Positions 62,773 through 64,000 of a stretch of DNA of 64,000 bases are shown in pieces; the stretch's first letter is position 1, and each line of letters starts with the position of its first letter. Both the position numbers and the translations under genes were made by a program. This stretch comes from an uncultured Thiomicrospira sp. GTDB taxonomy: Bacteria > Pseudomonadota > Gammaproteobacteria > CAKMZV01. The notes beneath the pieces are model-generated. The model was not told the origin of the DNA. It did no database searches and was given only the letters and a program-made list of their open reading frames with translations. The stretch lies in contig OZ239628.1 in the NCBI GenBank assembly GCA_965195345.1, positions 1,696,001 through 1,760,000 of the forward strand. Direction: 5' to 3'.

Positions 62773-63438
62773 ATGAATGAAAAAAAACAATCTTTGTTAG
62801 GTAGTGGAGAAGAAGTGAGAGCAGTTTGTACTCCTGACTCAGGAGCTGCAGGAGTAAATGTCACCATAACAGCGGCGCCTGCGTCTGAACCTCCAGGATT
62901 CCGCAATCTAACCATTTTAGGCGGAATAGTAACATCATTAGAAACAGGGATAGCCGAAAGATTAGAGAATGTAGAGGCTGTGGAAGATGGAAAAATTTAT
63001 ACTGCAACGATCCCTAATGATCTTGATGGAGGGCACTACGATATTATCATAGATTTAATATCACACGTCCCAGGTGCAGAAGAGTCACGCTTTACGATTA
63101 AAGCCAGTTATGAGGTTGAGGGGCATGAACAAGGTGGAGATCCTGAGGTAACGAGAATTACCCCATCGACAGTTTCGCGAGCTGAATTCAATACAAAAAT
63201 GTTCACTGCGCGGGGAAGGAATTTTGATGAGATATATCATGAGCGTGGTGCCCAAATATTTACTGAAACTGGATTAACCAGATTGACTTTAACGCCTCAA
63301 AGTAATACGAGCTTCCTTATGCGTGCAACCAACCCAGCTAATACTCCTCCTTCGGTAGGTATTTGGGTAGTGCAAATGTACACCAGAGATGGAATGCGTA
63401 TTTCATCAGCCTCTAAGCTTCAAGTGACGGAAGAATAA
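62773..63438 (+). CDS. Tandem-array paralog 4: putative two-Ig/IPT-domain protein with the most divergent C-terminal domain
   Basis: N-half closest to paralog 1; C-half differs from paralog 1 at about 43 of 101 residues. Confidence 0.85.
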   Translation: MNEKKQSLLGSGEEVRAVCTPDSGAAGVNVTITAAPASEPPGFRNLTILGGIVTSLETGIAERLENVEAVEDGKIYTATIPNDLDGGHYDIIIDLISHVPGAEESRFTIKASYEVEGHEQGGDPEVTRITPSTVSRAEFNTKMFTARGRNFDEIYHERGAQIFTETGLTRLTLTPQSNTSFLMRATNPANTPPSVGIWVVQMYTRDGMRISSASKLQVTEE

Positions 63439-63512
63439 TAGGCACACCAAATGTATCGTACAGTCCAGTATTCTCAGAAAAATTTTTCACTCATACTTAT
63501 ATAAATCCAATT

Positions 63513-64000
63513 ATGAAAAAAGTTAGCGAAGACGCGTCACAGTATAACTTGTCACCGCCTATTCCGCCAGGCGAAAAAATCTTATCTGCTGATTCATTCT
63601 GTGCACTTGTTCCAGAATTTGACCCTAAGAATCCTCAATCCATTACAAGTTGGCAATGTTTTTCATCTGAAGTAGGCGAAAAAAACTTCAACTTAGGAGC
63701 AAGCACTACTATTGCCGATAAAACCGAGATTTGGGCTTCATCTTTGCAGAGGGTATCTGACCCAACAAATGGCAATGAAGTTGCTTGTGTATTGGGCAAA
63801 GATTCAGCTTACGTCATATCATCGAAAGACACAAATAGTCCCCCAACATTCACGAAAAAAAAACGAACAGACTCTTCGCAAGGCACTGCTACTTTTTTTT
63901 CAAAATTTGTGTTGGATACAAGCGAGCAAGAAAATAGCCAAGTTATACATACAGATCGACTCTTATACTGTATGTTCTCCGATGGAACTAACACGATAAC
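63513..64000 (+). CDS. Hypothetical protein downstream of the array, partial (runs off the window end)
   Basis: Not in the ORF track. Open frame from ATG 63513: MKKVSEDASQYNLSPPIPPGEKILSADSFCALVPEFDP...LLYCMFSDGTNTI, 162 codons with no stop. Confidence 0.75.
   Translation, partial: MKKVSEDASQYNLSPPIPPGEKILSADSFCALVPEFDPKNPQSITSWQCFSSEVGEKNFNLGASTTIADKTEIWASSLQRVSDPTNGNEVACVLGKDSAYVISSKDTNSPPTFTKKKRTDSSQGTATFFSKFVLDTSEQENSQVIHTDRLLYCMFSDGTNTI

Larger units (their letters stand above)
61353..63438 (+). repeat. 710-bp-period tandem repeat (gene + 41-bp spacer), three units
   Basis: Starts at 61353, 62063 and 62773. Spacers 62022-62062 and 62732-62772 differ only at the last base. Confidence 0.95.

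Noticed and set aside
61310-62915. Repeated minus-strand ORFs at 61310, 61999 and 62709
   Set aside because: Antisense shadows of the array genes; they repeat only because the DNA repeats.
60377-63438. Diversity-generating retroelement as the source of array variation
   Set aside because: No reverse transcriptase in the window, differences are not confined to adenines, and all copies are full genes with RBSs rather than a TR/VR pair.
63712-63999. ORF-track calls 63712-63999 (+) and 63809-63994 (-)
   Set aside because: They overlap the longer open frame from ATG 63513, whose start context is conserved in the duplicated stub at 61119.

Overview
A roughly 38% GC (by eye) chromosomal window, most likely from a marine Gammaproteobacterium (inferred from gene content). 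Most of it is housekeeping DNA in rearranged order: ruvCAB/yebC/nadA, ribH-nusB-lptCAB-RND, rpsP, purB, pepN, alaC, secA, aapJQMP, hemL, msbA, cysE, ppa, adk and zapE, plus folate-linked C1 genes (dimethylglycine dehydrogenase-like, GcvT-family, MetF-like). Two accessory regions stand out. (1) About 30.16-35.4 kb is a decaying defence islet. It holds an intact SIR2 + STAND-type NTPase gene and a RipA-like two-TM protein among fragments of GmrSD-like, TIR and serine-resolvase genes, plus an unexplained GC-rich hairpin element. (2) About 60.2-64 kb is a tandem array of four paralogous ~221-aa genes that I read as two Ig/IPT-like domains without a signal peptide. Their C-terminal domain shows a large excess of amino-acid over silent changes (hand count, copy 1 vs copy 4: about 43 changed residues vs about 5 silent codons). 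An uncalled ORF follows and runs off the window. The array is the best candidate for an undescribed system. I saw no rRNA, tRNA, CRISPR array or reverse transcriptase. All family calls come from motif recognition by eye, not database searches.
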